A DNA stretch of 64,000 bases from NCBI GenBank assembly GCA_051362555.1, contig CM120649.1:744001-808000 (forward strand), in the 5' to 3' direction. Source of the DNA: Lingula anatina. Taxonomy: Eukaryota; Animalia; Brachiopoda. Positions 37,989-51,600 of the stretch are shown here, piece by piece. Both the position numbers and the translations under genes were made by a program. The notes beneath the pieces were generated by a model. The model saw only the letters and a program-made list of their open reading frames with translations. It did not search any database and was not told where the DNA came from. How positions within the stretch are numbered: the first letter of the stretch is position 1; each line of letters opens with the position of its first letter.

Positions 37989-39025
37989 TGTGTGTATGTG
38001 TGTGTGTGTGTGTGTGTACATGCATGCATGTGTGTGTGTTGAGGATTAATGCTTGCACAATGTAGGATAAAAAAGATCAACCGACTTTACTCAGCATATC
38101 TACAGGCATAGAAATACAAATAAATATATTTAAGAGAGGTTTAATAAATGATAATATCTTCTTCTCTATAGACTTGTGTAGTATTTAGTATAATAGAATA
38201 TATTTTTTATCAATATGGCATCCTATACTCACCATCCTAGAAAGGATAAGGAGGCAGTTGTTCTTTTTACAGCAATGAGGATTTCCTGAATGTAGATAAT
38301 TTTAATTCTTACAAAATGCACCATCTTTTGATATTTCATCCATCTTTTGATATTTCATAGACATTTTTATCAAATGCTTAAATAATGAAAACCAAATGCA
38401 GAGACGGAGATAGATTCATAGTAAAATAGCACATAAAGTTACTGGTCTATTGCATGACTTATGAAATACTGTAATCTGTTTTAAAATGATAAAACTGACA
38501 AAGGCAAACCAAGTGTCATTTCATTTAAGATTGTCTTTAAACATCTAGAATTGAATTGATGAAAGTTTTAAAGACTGAAGAAACGACTTTGTGAAAAATA
38601 TCCTAGACTTCACGTTTTGCTGCTAGGATTCTGTAATTTTTATAATTATTATTATGTTTACACATTTCTAAAGCAAACGACAGGCACATAGCAAAAGCAA
38701 AACTTAAACTAAAAGCAATCTGCATTACAAAGAATTAAACACAAACTACAAATAACTCCAACATACCCGGCCCACCAGAATTTACCGGAAACAATTAATG
38801 TTCATATGACGTCGATTCTATTTCAAAACACCCCACAAAACACTTTCAACATCTTCTTATTTTTAGAAAAATCTGTGAAAAAACACTTTACATAAGTTTG
38901 ACATTTTACAGATAAAAGATACTTACACATTTATGTGGATCGTCTCTGAACATGGAACATGCCTGTTGAGGAGTTGTGGTGAAATTCATCGAGGAGTCAG
39001 CGACGACTAGTTCCTCCATCTCCAT
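26909..39025 (-). CDS. cAMP-receptor-like 7TM GPCR (Dictyostelium cAR/CrlA, GCR1, GPR157-like), 337 aa; exons 39025-38927, 38285-38233, 37542-37488, 36828-36772, 36095-36035, 33306-33219, 30191-30102, 29683-29651, 29111-28985, 28470-28388, 28154-28075, 27478-27408, 27025-26909
   Basis: 13 GT-AG exons with matching phases total 1014 nt from ATG to TGA: MEMEELVVADSSMNFTT...SLSFLGCIFMISVIVLFRKY..FTQRLILYLSVAAFMDSIAY...GPLCDFQAFFMTLFDWSVLLWVCAITLNL...EKYEWVYHIVCWVIP...YGPSGAWCWI...WRFGIWYVPLF...LRGYPFVYL...PLINRIQN...PLHGALNTVVFG...EQ*. RLILYLS, C..Q, YH..CW..P, YG..GAWCWI and YP are family hallmarks. Confidence 0.9.
27688..28009. mobile_element. Inverted pair of about 116-bp self-complementary MITE-like units in GPCR intron 11
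   Basis: 27688-27803 and 27894-28009 are near-exact reverse complements. Each unit also has its own inverted arms CAGCAAGAGTCCCTGCAGAGTTGGA / TCCAACTCTGCAGGGACTCTTGCT. Confidence 0.8.
29695..29753. repeat. (AAT)n microsatellite next to the acceptor of the 33-nt GPCR exon 8
   Basis: Seen directly. Confidence 0.9.
30156..32868 (-). repeat. 63-bp minisatellite, 43 copies; unit = 3' splice site plus the start of GPCR exon 7
   Basis: Period 63 (acceptor AGs at 30192-30193 and 32838-32839 are 42x63 apart). Unit on -: ATCTTAATACTGTCTATTTTCAG|GGTATATCATATAGTGTGCTGGGTTATACCTATCATAATT. The last unit runs into the unique part of exon 7. Confidence 0.95.
33732..33797. repeat. (TA)n microsatellite, left half of a tract split by the hAT element (right half 35909-35971)
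   Basis: Seen directly. Confidence 0.95.
33798..35908 (-). mobile_element. Internally deleted hAT DNA transposon inserted in a (TA)n tract in GPCR intron 5
   Basis: TIRs CAGGGTTGGAAA / TTTCCAACTCTG with (TA)n on both sides. hAT dimerisation-domain relic on - at about 34760-34935 (DTAECERGFSQLKIIKNRYKNKL*...PAITQWSTGARRP). N-terminal-like fragment KRQRTIVPSWKAEFSWL on + at 35177-35330. Confidence 0.8.
36150..36389. mobile_element. Small hAT-like MITE in GPCR intron 4
   Basis: Ends CATGGGCGTAAC / GTTACGCCCCTG; TSD not evident. Confidence 0.55.
37338..37412. repeat. (GT)n microsatellite
   Basis: Seen directly; similar tracts at about 24788-24820, 37948-38017, 56096-56138 and 63504-63546. Confidence 0.95.
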
Positions 39026-39522
39026 CTTGGTTGTTTTGGTCCAAGGAATTTCGTACCTCCTTTTTAACAAGATCAAGAGGCGACAAAGGGAGTCTGACTG
39101 TCAAACTGTCGCATTTCGTTCTTTTTCATATAAAATAAATAAAGCTTTAAAAGAGACGATTTTGGGGGTTGTATCATATTTATCGGATTATATCTTATTC
39201 ATTCATTAATTTTACATTAACACTTACGTGGCAACGTAAAGCGGTTTATTGCAAGCCGTTTTTAGAGGACATTGATGCGGTTAATTGGGTAAAAAAGGAC
39301 TGGGTTTTTATAGTAAAAGAAAAACAGAAACAATAAATAAATAAATAAATAAATAAATAAAATATAACAAACTTAGTGTAAGTCTAAGGTAGCCATGTGT
39401 TGGCACTCGAATGTGTCGTGTTATGCTCTCTATATTGTCTCACCTGTCGCACTGGCAATGGTGACATGCTCATCTACTACAATCGTTCCAGTCGATTTGT
39501 CACTCCATTAGGCGTATCTTCT

Positions 39523-39609
39523 CAGTGGCGGATTAATGGGAGGGGGGGGGGGGGCAGGGGGGCCTAAAAAATTACACACCCACTTCAAATAATCCTGGAT
39601 CCGCCCCTG
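39523..39609. mobile_element. Short hAT-like MITE relic upstream of the GPCR
   Basis: Ends CAGTGGCGGAT / ATCCGCCCCTG around a G-run. Confidence 0.45.
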
Positions 39610-40445
39610 CTTTTTACTAAATTTAATGCACATTTCATACAATAAAGGTATTTTTCATACCGTTTAGGCGGACATTCATTTTTAATATTTTTAAAATGAC
39701 TCGCTGAGCTGTAAGAAATAATTGCAATATGCACTTCTGTATTCATAAACATGCGATTCGACACTAAAATGAAGAATATAAAGTATGATTTGAACCTCTA
39801 AGAATGTTTTTTTATTTCATTTTATTCATATTGGATTATGAAAAGTGGTCAATGCCCTGGAAGAAGCAACTGATAATAGAAGCCAAGCTAAAAATTACTT
39901 TTTTACCCCAAAGAATATTATCCTTTCTTTGAATAAAATAGCATGTTTCGACTATGTGGCCCGGGGGAATGGCAACTCGACTACTAAGAGGGGTCAAGCC
40001 CTCACCAAGTATTAGTTGAATGTCAAACAAGCTGATGAAGATAATTTAAGACAATGGCTAATGAAAAAACACGATGAACAGAAAAATCAAAGTCGGAGAT
40101 GGTTTTAATTAGACTTATTTATTTCTCTCTGGAAATACATTCATTAGAGGCACAAATAAAAGATTTTCTGTCGACTTCTAGGAGTTTCTATTTTTAAATT
40201 GGCGGCCATACTGAAAAATAAGTAATGGTCATGATAGTTGAGCAGATATAATTTTATATTGTCACTGTATTACATTCTGACGAGCCGTAAGGCTCAAAGG
40301 TTTAATAAATTGAATTGAAGAAATTGAATTGAAAAATGTTCAAATGCAACAGAGCTAATCCTGGCTTCTCTATTACGTTAACAGATTTCCAACTTCAAGT
40401 AGGCCCACATAATTTTAATCCTTATCCATATCCTCGTCGCAAGTT

Positions 40446-40492
<47 letters not shown>

Positions 40493-42331
40493 CCCACACA
40501 CACATGCTCGCGCGCGTGCGCCTCTCTCTCTCTCTCTCTTGTCTTCCCCTCTTTACCCCTTTCTCATACATGTATTCTCATACAATTGATCGAAAGTGTT
40601 TGCAACACCAACCCTATCAGACGCAGCCAGTTTCGGCAGAAGAATCGAAAACAGACACTCTAGTCAATAATCGAAACACGTTCAGAATTAATTTGAGACC
40701 TGGATTGGGAAATAAATGGCGAAAATTATGTTGTTTCCAGCTGATTAACCCCCTGTTTATTCCCTTGCTCCTTCCTTTGCCATTTAATTGAGACGTGAAC
40801 TTCGGAAATAGGATCCTTATTCAGTGCAAGAGTTAACGTTAATGCGGCCAGTGTCGCCATGACGGATTGTTGATACGTCGTTTTTGCCAATAGTCTGTGA
40901 TATAAATTGCAAATCTGACAATAAAATCGGTAATGATTTTGCTCTCTAGTCATATTTAACAGTTCTTTGGATCAATTTCATTTTGGAATGTATCAAACGA
41001 AATGAAATGGCTCAGCAGCGCTCTTGGCTTGAATTGCGTATTTTTATGCATTGAAGATATTCAGCGCAAGATCATGCATTTGTTGTTCCTTAGAACTTTT
41101 GATGCGACTTATGCTCCAATAATGTCATTAATTACCAAATTTATTTATCAATTAATTTATCTCTCACATCTTGCAAACACTATAGCACACAGCCATTTGA
41201 GATGTCCATAAATATCTGAAGTAATGTATATACTAGTACAGTATGTGCATGAAGAGGTACACACACTCGACAATAGAAGTGTCACCCCCTGAATCAGAGT
41301 AATCAAAGTTATTAACCGAAAGAGGCGGAATATAAGCAATGTCAGAATATCGATACAGTTGAATTGTTCAGTCAGAACCGTTTCTTTTGAGAAATTTGAT
41401 GTTAATAAAATGATACCAGGAGCATATGATTCCACAGTCATTTATCTCCCCCAAAGTATCGGTTCAGTAGGGGTGACACTTCTATTGTCCAGTGTGTGTA
41501 AATATGAAAATGAGCAATTTAAATGATACATACTGAAGTTTAATATATCAGAATGTCCCAGTTTTGCTATGCAGTGTAGCACAGAATACTTATTGTCACC
41601 CTTTGCCCAAAGCTCCTTATTTCCTGTCTTACATAAATTTTGGGACAATATATAAATCTTCAGTGTTTAATGACTAAATTAAGTAATATTTTCACACATG
41701 TCATTTTACCGGTGACGTCATAATTGCGTTTTTGGGAAACATTGAAATATCGGCTCCTCATTTTCTCCTTTACCTGAGCACACAAGATAGATGGATTATT
41801 GAATAATTAGAGGCAAGAAAAAATTTTTGGTATCTGGATGATAATGAAGGGTTACAATATCCACTTCTTATGTCAGAAGTTGCAACATGGGGTAATTAAA
41901 AATAAATTAATCGTCATTTAAAACTTACAATTAACCCTCTAACCTTTTGAACGTTTATTAGGTATCAGCCTGGAAAGAATTAAAAACAATTTGCCTGCCA
42001 GAACTCTGTAGAGTCGAGGTCCGATTTATCGCTCAGCAAATTAAAGTGTTGAAGTCCACTGTTTTCTAGGAACTCTGATCAAATATATTGCCCACCTGGA
42101 CCTCACAGAGAAAGGTGAACTGTTCAAGGACAAGGACGACGTTGAAAGTCCGAAATTAAGGTTAACACTGATATTTTAGACATGCACGCCTAATTAATTT
42201 GCTGCAGTCGGTCGGGTACGTATCCGCTAAGAATTAATAAATATTTATTTTTCATTTCCTTTGGTGCACGTGATATTTTCCCCCTAAACAATATTTTTTT
42301 CAAAAAAAAAAAAAATAATAATAATAATAAT

Positions 42332-42362
<31 letters not shown>

Positions 42363-44914
42363 TAGACGAATCAGAAAAGGATAGTTTTCTATACATATTG
42401 AACAAACGCGACAAAATTTGGTTATCTTGAGCGTCATGTCCCATACGCGTGTCAGCTACTTCGTTTACATAACACAGTATGATATGTACAAGGTCACGGA
42501 ACTTTATTTTTACCCTCATATTTGACTGCGATTCTACTGTATCATATAGAGGGAATTTGACACAGTTTATTTCCCATGATCGACGCCATTAACTTCAGTC
42601 AAACACCACTGATATGAAGTTCAAGTTCAGCCGTAAAAAGCGGGCATGTATGAAGATTTATTAAAAAGGGTAAAAACTGGCCTGCGTCACCTCTGACTCT
42701 AAAATCCCAGCTTGCCTGCCCTATTTGCTGTCGTCCCTGAGCGTTAACATGAATTTTAGCTACCCATTAAATCAATCGCTACTCATTTAATAAAAGCATA
42801 TAAAGTTCAAGACCTTCTCTGTTTTCCTTAGTAATCAATACTCGAAATAGCCTCATAGCGCATTAGGAATGGCCTTTTAAAGCTATAGATGTCCAGTCCA
42901 TGTCGCTCTCGGAAAGACTGGATTAAACTTAATACATGACATTAAGCCGTGATCCGCGTGGAACGCTGATCAATAAGGGGAATAGAATTAATTGACCTTA
43001 ATGGACGCCGAGGCACGTCTTCATTAAAAGGTCGAGATCAGTTACTGACCAGGGAACTGTTTTATAAAAGAACGAAGGCCTGGAAATTGGTCTAAGCTTC
43101 GAGACAAATCACTAGGGTCCCTATTAAGTGAAATATTGCATCGGTTTGTATATCAAGGAAGTTGTGATGTAGGAGCCTAAGTTTGAGACCAATACCCACT
43201 TTACATGTGTTGATATCTACGAAAAATGTCCTGAAGTGGACCAAAGGTTGATCATTCTTCGAGCTGAATACTTTTTTAGAGGGCGTATTCTTTATAAAAA
43301 CCAAGTGGTTAAGGCATTTATACGTGCAAGAAGGGGTCGTGAACGAATTAGATAAGGGGAGAAAGAACACAAATCTATATAAAAAATACATGGGACACAT
43401 GCGCTGCGTGTTTCTTCGCAAGACTTTAAATGTTCAAGAGACGATTGCAGCTGAAAAACATCCCTAAACACAGAGGGAAATTTTTCGCTAGATATTTACA
43501 TTTATTTCCCCGGCTATTCACTATCTGTGCACGATTCTGTTCTGTCCAGCGAGGGTTTTTGCACAACAACTCCATGCACTACATCAACAAACCGTCCTCT
43601 GAGAGAGAGTACTCCTAATGAACGTGCACAGGCAGGTGGTCTTAATAAATGGAAGGGAAAGTCCGAATAGATTTCCTTTAAACATTATTAGCCGAAATTC
43701 ATCGCTAAATCGTGTTATCTTTTTGCTCATCTTCTGTGCTGTTTTGAACGTTCTGAATCCACACTCACTTGCTTTCTTTCCTCTCCCCCCCTCTCTCTCC
43801 ATTATCCTTTTCTGCCCTCTCTCTCTTTCCTCTCTCTGTGAACACGCAATTAACATAGACATCCCTCTTTCTACCGTAGCTCTATTCTTCGCAATTTTCG
43901 CAAAACACATTTCTCCAATTTTGCCCATCTTGTTGATTTGCTGAGTCTCTGCGCTGACCCTACAAACATTATTGTATAGCTGTCTATTCGTACTCTAACG
44001 ATCAATTTCGGGAAAAAAACTCCAATTGAAAAATCCAGGGTCCCCGTTAGTTCTTGTTAGTGCGTGACGTGAGATAATTTCTGTTGACTTGTATTGTTTA
44101 TGGACGACGCACGTTAACCTCTCAGCTTTGATGAATTAAGGGTCGCTTGGCCATTATTGAATTAAACTTTATGAACTGCTTCGTTCAACGTCAGTTGCCT
44201 TGCTGTAAACGCATGGATTCATAAGCGGAGATACAGCTTAACGTATACAGTGTACTTTTAATTCGTCCTTTTACCAATTGTCTTCTGTGTGAGTACTTAT
44301 TGGTTACTATTTGTTGGCCTCCAGATTCTGAGCTGAAACCGCATTGTGCAACCAAACGCAATTTGCAACCAAAGTAAAACGCGAAGACGCATTTTGCAAC
44401 CGCAATGCAATTTGCAACCCGTCTTTTTTCCTGCATCATATCACAAGGCAACACAAACGTGTGCCAGGGAAATATTGCAAGAAAGATTTTCCGTCATAAG
44501 ACTCATATATCAATTATTTATCATCTGGTGCTAATTATGTTGTAACTCTAACCCTTGGCATTGCCACTGTCGTCCAGTGATGTATTGTAAATGTAACTGG
44601 TCCGCAGGCAAGTTTTTTCATTTCTATTTTTTTAACAGATCGAACATGGTTTGGGCAGACTCGATCAAGCTACATACACGTCATTGGCGACCTATCCAGC
44701 GTGAATTGTTTTTGTTTCCAGTTAATTTATCTAAATACACAAAAAATACCCTTAACATATCGGTTCTTCCTGGTTGTCTGCTATAATAAGACAAAACGTC
44801 TGGCAACGGCAATAACACTATAAAAAGAAAGGCTTTTAACTTTATCTTTTTCAGACCCCTTTTCAGCTTATTGTCATTTTTTGTACCCATATCCACAGTG
44901 CTTTAATAAGAAGC

Positions 44915-45661
44915 TAAAATGGTTTCAGCTACTATTTCATACATTTAGGAAACACGACTTTACCACTATGCTTAATAAAACTTATTCCAAGAATTCATGG
45001 TTTAATAAAGAGGCATTTTAACACTAAAATGGTTTCAGCTACTGTTTCATATACATTCAGGAAACACGACTTTGTCTCTATATCTAATAAAACTTATTCC
45101 AATAATTCTTGGTTTGATAAGTTTTATTTTAACACTAAATGGCTTCAGCTACTGTTACATATATCCAGAAAACACGGCTTTGTCACTATGCCTGATAAAA
45201 CTTATTCCAATAATTCATGGTTTAATAAAGAAGCATTTTAACACTAAAATGGTTTCAGCTACTGTTTCATATATTCAGAAAACACGACTGAGTCACTATG
45301 CCTGATAAAACTTATTCCAATAATTCATGGTTTAATGGAGAAGCATTTTAACACTAAATTGGCTTCAGCTACTGTTTCGTATATATTTAGGAAACACGAC
45401 CCTGTCACTATACCTAATAAAACTTATCCCAAGAATTCATGGTTTAATAAAGAGGCTTTTTAACACTAAAATGGTTTCAGCTACTGTTTCATATATCTAG
45501 AAAACACGACTTTGTCTCTATATCTAATAAAATTTATTCCAATAATTCTTAGTTTGATAAGTTTTATTTTAACACTAAATGGCTTCAGCTACTGTTACAT
45601 ATATTTAGAAAACACGGCTTTGTCACTATGCCCAATAAAACTTATTCCAATATCTCATGGT
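44915..45661. repeat. About 110-bp tandem repeat, about 7 copies
   Basis: The unit TAAAATGGTTTCAGCTACTG...AAACACGAC...AAAACTTATTCCAA...TTTTAACAC recurs about every 110 bp. Confidence 0.9.
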
Positions 45662-48600
45662 TTTGTGCTAAACCAATCGGATCCATACTTCTGCGCTGGA
45701 CTGAGCGTGACATATCCCGGCAGAGATAACTGGCTGAAGATAGCTTTGTTTTCTGGAACCGTCAAAACCCAAGGCAATTGTTCTGTGGTAATCAACATTG
45801 TAGTTCATGCCCACCCGTATTGTGTGCCGAACGAAATATCTAATTTAAGGCCAACCAGACGAGATGAATCGATGCCTTGCTAGGCTTTCAAAGCTCTCAC
45901 TGTTGCACATTTAAAGGGACAGGTTCAAGATATCTCGCTCATATCACTAATAAAGTTAAGTTTTTCTATGAGAACTGGACAGTGATTGGTACAGCGCACG
46001 TGTCAGCAGAAGTTCCTAGTTAGACAACACTAGAGGAAACGTCTTCGGCTGTAATTATCTTCACCATAGGACAACATATGCCAGGACACTGGGGTTCTAT
46101 ATAGAATGGGTGGACATTGTCATATTGTGACCTAAACACAAGATTGAACTTATTTAGTGAGTCCCACAGAACTGTGACGTAATCGAAACAGCCATCCTCG
46201 TAGTAAAGTCGTCAGGGCGTTCACGTCAATCAGAAGGCTACAGTGTTCATTACTTTTGAACCAAACGATCCCCGACACAAATAACAGGTAGGTCTACTTA
46301 GTATATTGGGATAATAAAGCCCAAAATTTTCAGAGTGACGCCAATGCTCATTACCAAGCGCCGATACGCTGAGAGAAAGAGGTGGAAAAGAGTCGCTGTC
46401 ATTACCCTCAATATCAGGATAGAAGAGAGCTGCTATTTTCAGAGTCAGTCCTCAAGTATAAAAAACAATGAAGTTATAGATGTTTATTATTTCTTATAAT
46501 CGCTTGCTATTCGGATATTTTAATATTTTCAAATATAATTATATTTGTATTTGCATTTTCATTTTGTTTTGTGTTTTTCTTTTAAACAATAATGTGCCAT
46601 GTTTGGGTTTATCGTCTCTGATAAGAAAGTGAACATATGCATGACTGGAGTAACGTTCACTGTTATTCAGCAAAATAAACAGTCAACATAACAAATTACA
46701 TAATGAAGATATTAACTGAATATTTACAATATGAGCGTTCAAAATTGTGCATAAATATTTATTTGAGTATCACAAAGTTGCTCATTGGCAACCTTCCAGA
46801 ACAACTGCAGTTAATGGGTCAAAGGTTAAAAAAGAAATTGTTGGTTTCAAACGAATTAAGTCTATCAGGTGCAACTTAAAGGTACGGGGGTATGGGAGTA
46901 TTAAGATAATAGGTACATAGACTGTTTAATTGAGAAATACTGCATTAAAGCATAGTACAGTTAGCATTGTGTGTTAGAAAAAATGCAGATTTTATTGTAA
47001 ATATAGTTAAGATGGGATACAGTGCTCAAAAATGCAATTAAAATAGTACTGTTGGCAAGAGGTTCATTTTTCCATAACAAAACCTTGGTCCGCACCTGAA
47101 ATATGAAATATTTAGGCAGACACATCAACCAAAGTGAAGATATTCTCAAATAAGTAAATGAGATAATTTCTTATTAGAAAATCTCGCCTTGGGAGGAAAA
47201 TCATAAGAAACCAGGAGCGGCGTAATGATTTAATGACACTGACAGGCCAATGGAATCTTTAAAAGGAAACCTCCAAGGACAAAAATTATTTTCTTGGCTT
47301 TGGGTATTAACATCTCTCTAATCTAAGCTAATCGTGCATTGAAAGGTTGAAAATTCAGAGGAGAAAAAACCTCGGGCAAAAGCTTAATGCACGCCCAATA
47401 TTGTAATGTGTTTAATACCGTTTGAATTATTTAAGTTTAAATGTTCAACAGTTGCCAAGCACACGTTTAGATTGAAAGGGATTGAATTGGCTTATTCTTC
47501 TCAGAATCTACATTTAGCTCATATGGGTAATAAAGATAAATAGAGAGACAAGTGTATGTCTCTACATAAACGCATGCAAGCACCACAGCACAAAAAGTCA
47601 ATTTTCAGCTCTTTTACTCTTCAGGAAATGGATCTGAATATTCTCTTTACAAGCCTTTTCAACGGTGTAAAGCTCTACCGGAAAGGTCAGGGTCTGCGGG
47701 TTTACTACCCTTTTATGCCTAAGCTTAAAATTGTAGTTGCACTATTACTACGTCTTTCCGATCAAGTATAGGCGACTAAAAACAACCTTTTTACTTCTCC
47801 TTTCCGATCAAATATAGGCCATTTTTGACACGTCTTTATAACCCTTTTCCGATGAAGTAAATGCGATATGAGGTACGTCATTATAACCCTTTTACGATCA
47901 AATAAAGGCAATTTTAGGTAAGTCTCTACTTCCCTTATCTAATCAAATATGGACGTTTATAGTTATTTCAATTACTTATAGCACCGATAATGTTTCAAAT
48001 TAATGCAGCATTTCATTTAATGAGAGGAAGGCTTGTGAGTTTTCATTTATAATAATTTATTGCAAAAAAACAACAATAACCATTACAATGCAGTGGGAAT
48101 TATGTTTATAAAGCGCAACATAGCTACTATATTTCACAAGTGGAAAGTAATCTTATACTAATCTACTATTTTGTACACTCATTATACGCACACCCTAAAC
48201 AATAGCGAATACCATTAAAAATAATGTTAAATTTACCTAGTAAAATAATTACGCAAATAAATACGAACCACATTTAAAAACGACTTTCCAGAACAAAATC
48301 TAAGCAAAAGTACAATTATAGAGAGATACAGATTCATAAATAGTCAGGCTTTTTCCATTATTTATCGACATCTGGTAAACATATGATGAAAACGGAAACG
48401 ACTACTACTTATCCATCGACTTAATGTATTTGCAGAGAGTGGCCGCTCGTTAAATAACATGCCAATTATGTGTGCCCTAATTGCCCGACTCCGTTTTAAA
48501 AATTACACTCATTAGGTATTTTTGTTCACATTGAGTAAGGCGATGAAGCCTAGCTTCCAAGGAAAGATGTAATATTGTCACCAAAACCCCTACAAAATGC

Positions 48601-51600
48601 GTAGGCTAAAGAAATAAAATAACATTAAAAATACGGGAAAATTAATAATAAGAGAAACGCAACACATTATGTACCTGAAATATCCGACTAACTTAAAGCA
48701 TTTAATCAAAATCAAATAAATGCTGCTCAAATTCTAACAGAAAAATTTACTTTCAGAATAAATCTGTAGAAAATACAGCTATTTATTTCTTGAGGTGTGT
48801 GAAACGTTCATCTTATTTAGCGTGATTCGTGAAGCACCCCATTCACGCGACTTGTGAATGCAATTGTTTATTCTCAGCCCTTCGTGAAACGAAGACATTA
48901 TACCCGGTGATACGTGATTTTCAGGATATTTTTAAAATGCCTACTCTCAGTGAGATAATAATACACTGTAATTTGTGTATTGATGATTTAGCTTCCCGCG
49001 TACTGTGGTCATTCCCCTCCCCAAGAGGAGGGGACTTTCAAGACTGGGCCTGAATTTAAACATATCAGTTTACTTGGGATCACAGCAAAATAAATATACA
49101 AATATATGTTCAAATATAAGAAGTACTGATCTCGTTGTAATAACAATATATATAAAAACAGTAAGTAAAAATCAATCACCGTAAAGGAGATATATTAATA
49201 TTTTTCATGTTGAATACTGTTATATTATCTAATCTACAACTTTGGACTCTAATCGTCCTTGCGTGTAAATTATTTTCCACACATCAAATCGCCCTTGCGT
49301 GTAATTTATTTTCCACACATCAATTTGAGCACTTCTTTAGCCTGGCACACCCCCGCGTCAGATATTTCTGCCATTGCCCCTTTCAACGACTTCCCCTTGT
49401 TCAGTGCTGCCATCGCCCTTTCCTTTTTCCAGTGCGGTTTCTGTGAAGATATAACGAAATGATATCAAAATATAATGTGTAATAACGTATTAAACATAAC
49501 TGGGTAAAGGGAACAGCATGTCTGACTAAAAAAATTCAGAGAAAGTATCAGGATTGAGAATTACAAGAATGCATGTAGCCTACCATTACAACAGACATGG
49601 AGAATGTAATAAAATCAAAGACTTGGTAATTTATCAACACATTGATAATCAATTATTAAAAATAAAAATAAATGAATATTATGAAAATAACAAAAGGAAT
49701 AAAACCACTTACTGTCTTCATCCTCTCGTTTTTCCTGTACATATACTTTGTACTCTGTCTCTGTGGCTATCTTCACACCACACCACATCCTCCCCTTTGC
49801 AGTTGCGATTTAATATTCGTTGTTTAGGGGTGGTCGGCTCATGTCTTAGTTAAACTAACTCTTATCAAAGTAACACGATCCAGGACTGGGCCCCTGGGGA
49901 CGTGTGTTTTGACAGCGCCCCTGGTTAAAAGCTTTGAGATTGTTTTTGGGACGTTAGAGTTTAGATTGAAGTATAAAAGTCCCTAAGATGCGTAATCACG
50001 TGTTTGTGAAGAGATGACAACGGTGATAGAACGTGTCCGTCTTATAATTCTGATTCGAATTATGTTAGATAAGTATTTATTGCCGTATTCAATATTATCG
50101 GCTGTTGTTTCACTTCAGTATGATGTGAGAGAGGTCTCTCGCCTCTGTATTTATTTGACCTGAAGGGCCGACTGTACGAGATACACACAGTGCGGGTGGG
50201 GAAATGAAAAAAAAGGGGGGTTGGACTGGTTGCAGAAAGCGCTTTTCGGTCAACAAGTGACCTTCATCAGCTGTAGAGTCCTGAAAAAAGAGGGGGGGGG
50301 ATGTGCTTAAACAAAGAAGTGAGAAACCAAAACATTTGGTTTAAGCCTTCATCACCGCGGTTGGAGAGAGGCTACATGATAGATTAAATAGCTTATTGGC
50401 CACCATGCTGCTTGTTATACTGACCTCAGCTTATGAGTCATCTCTCGACCATCGTGTTTCAATGGTACTTCATGTGAAAACTGTGTTACTTACTGGTAGC
50501 AATGCCCATACAAATACAACCGAATCCGGCTGTCATCTAAAGCAGGCCTGTCCTTCTCTGTCAAAGCCCAGAACTTATAAACAAAATAGCCGTTTTTGAC
50601 TTGCGGCGATTTACTTATTTTCATGTGAAAATGAATTTCTATGAAGAAATCAGTATATTGCGATATGATACATTTTCATTAGCAGAAACCGTTTAATGTG
50701 CAGTGATTCTTCACTGTACGTGGTTTAACCACCCCCTTCTCTAGATCTTCGTCACCCACTATGAGCAAGATATCATCATCAATAGAAAAGTACTCCTGTT
50801 ATATACGTGTTACGGCACATCATACTGATAATGTTTGCTATATATCAACACATTTATCGCTGCTTAACCTTGCAAAATAACAATGGTCTTAAAGTTATTC
50901 AGTTTTTCAAGCAAGGTTTTTTATGACAGCTAGTTTAGAACTAATGGTTTACTTATGGTTCTAGACATGGTCTATCGAGCGAAATCTTATCGTGGGATGT
51001 ACTACGATCAGTTGTGGGGCAATACTTATTCATCAAAAAAAATTCTAATGCATCTCCAGTCAACATTGGTATTAAAGTATTTTTGTTTTCGTCTTTTAGC
51101 TGGATGAAATATTGAAGGTGACCGTGACGTACATTGTTGTTAGTCGGGCTTTGTTGAAATTTCCCCGGCCACCAGCGCATAGAGTGAAACATCTTTATTA
51201 CTTTTTTGTTTGTTCTCCGCTCAGTGTTGATTAAATATTAGAACGTTTAACGGTCACCCGCTGGTTCTTCCAACTCCCTTATTAATTAAATATTGGTTGC
51301 ACCACTACACACGCTGATTCAATGCATAAGCACTACGTCCATCAGTGTAATAAACTTAAGATCTATTTAAACTGCCGCAGTCTAAATCGCGATCGACTAA
51401 GGAATCTTTATTAATACACCTTATTAATTGAAAAAATTAAAAATTAAAAATGCACTGACTGTGTATCATGATTTCAGTGAAATGATTCTTACTCCGGAGA
51501 CACACACAAAACGTATCCTATAAAATCCAGATTGTAAACGCAAGTGTGATTAACAATTTCCATAGTACAAGCGACAAGTTAAATGGTAGTCAGTTATGTT

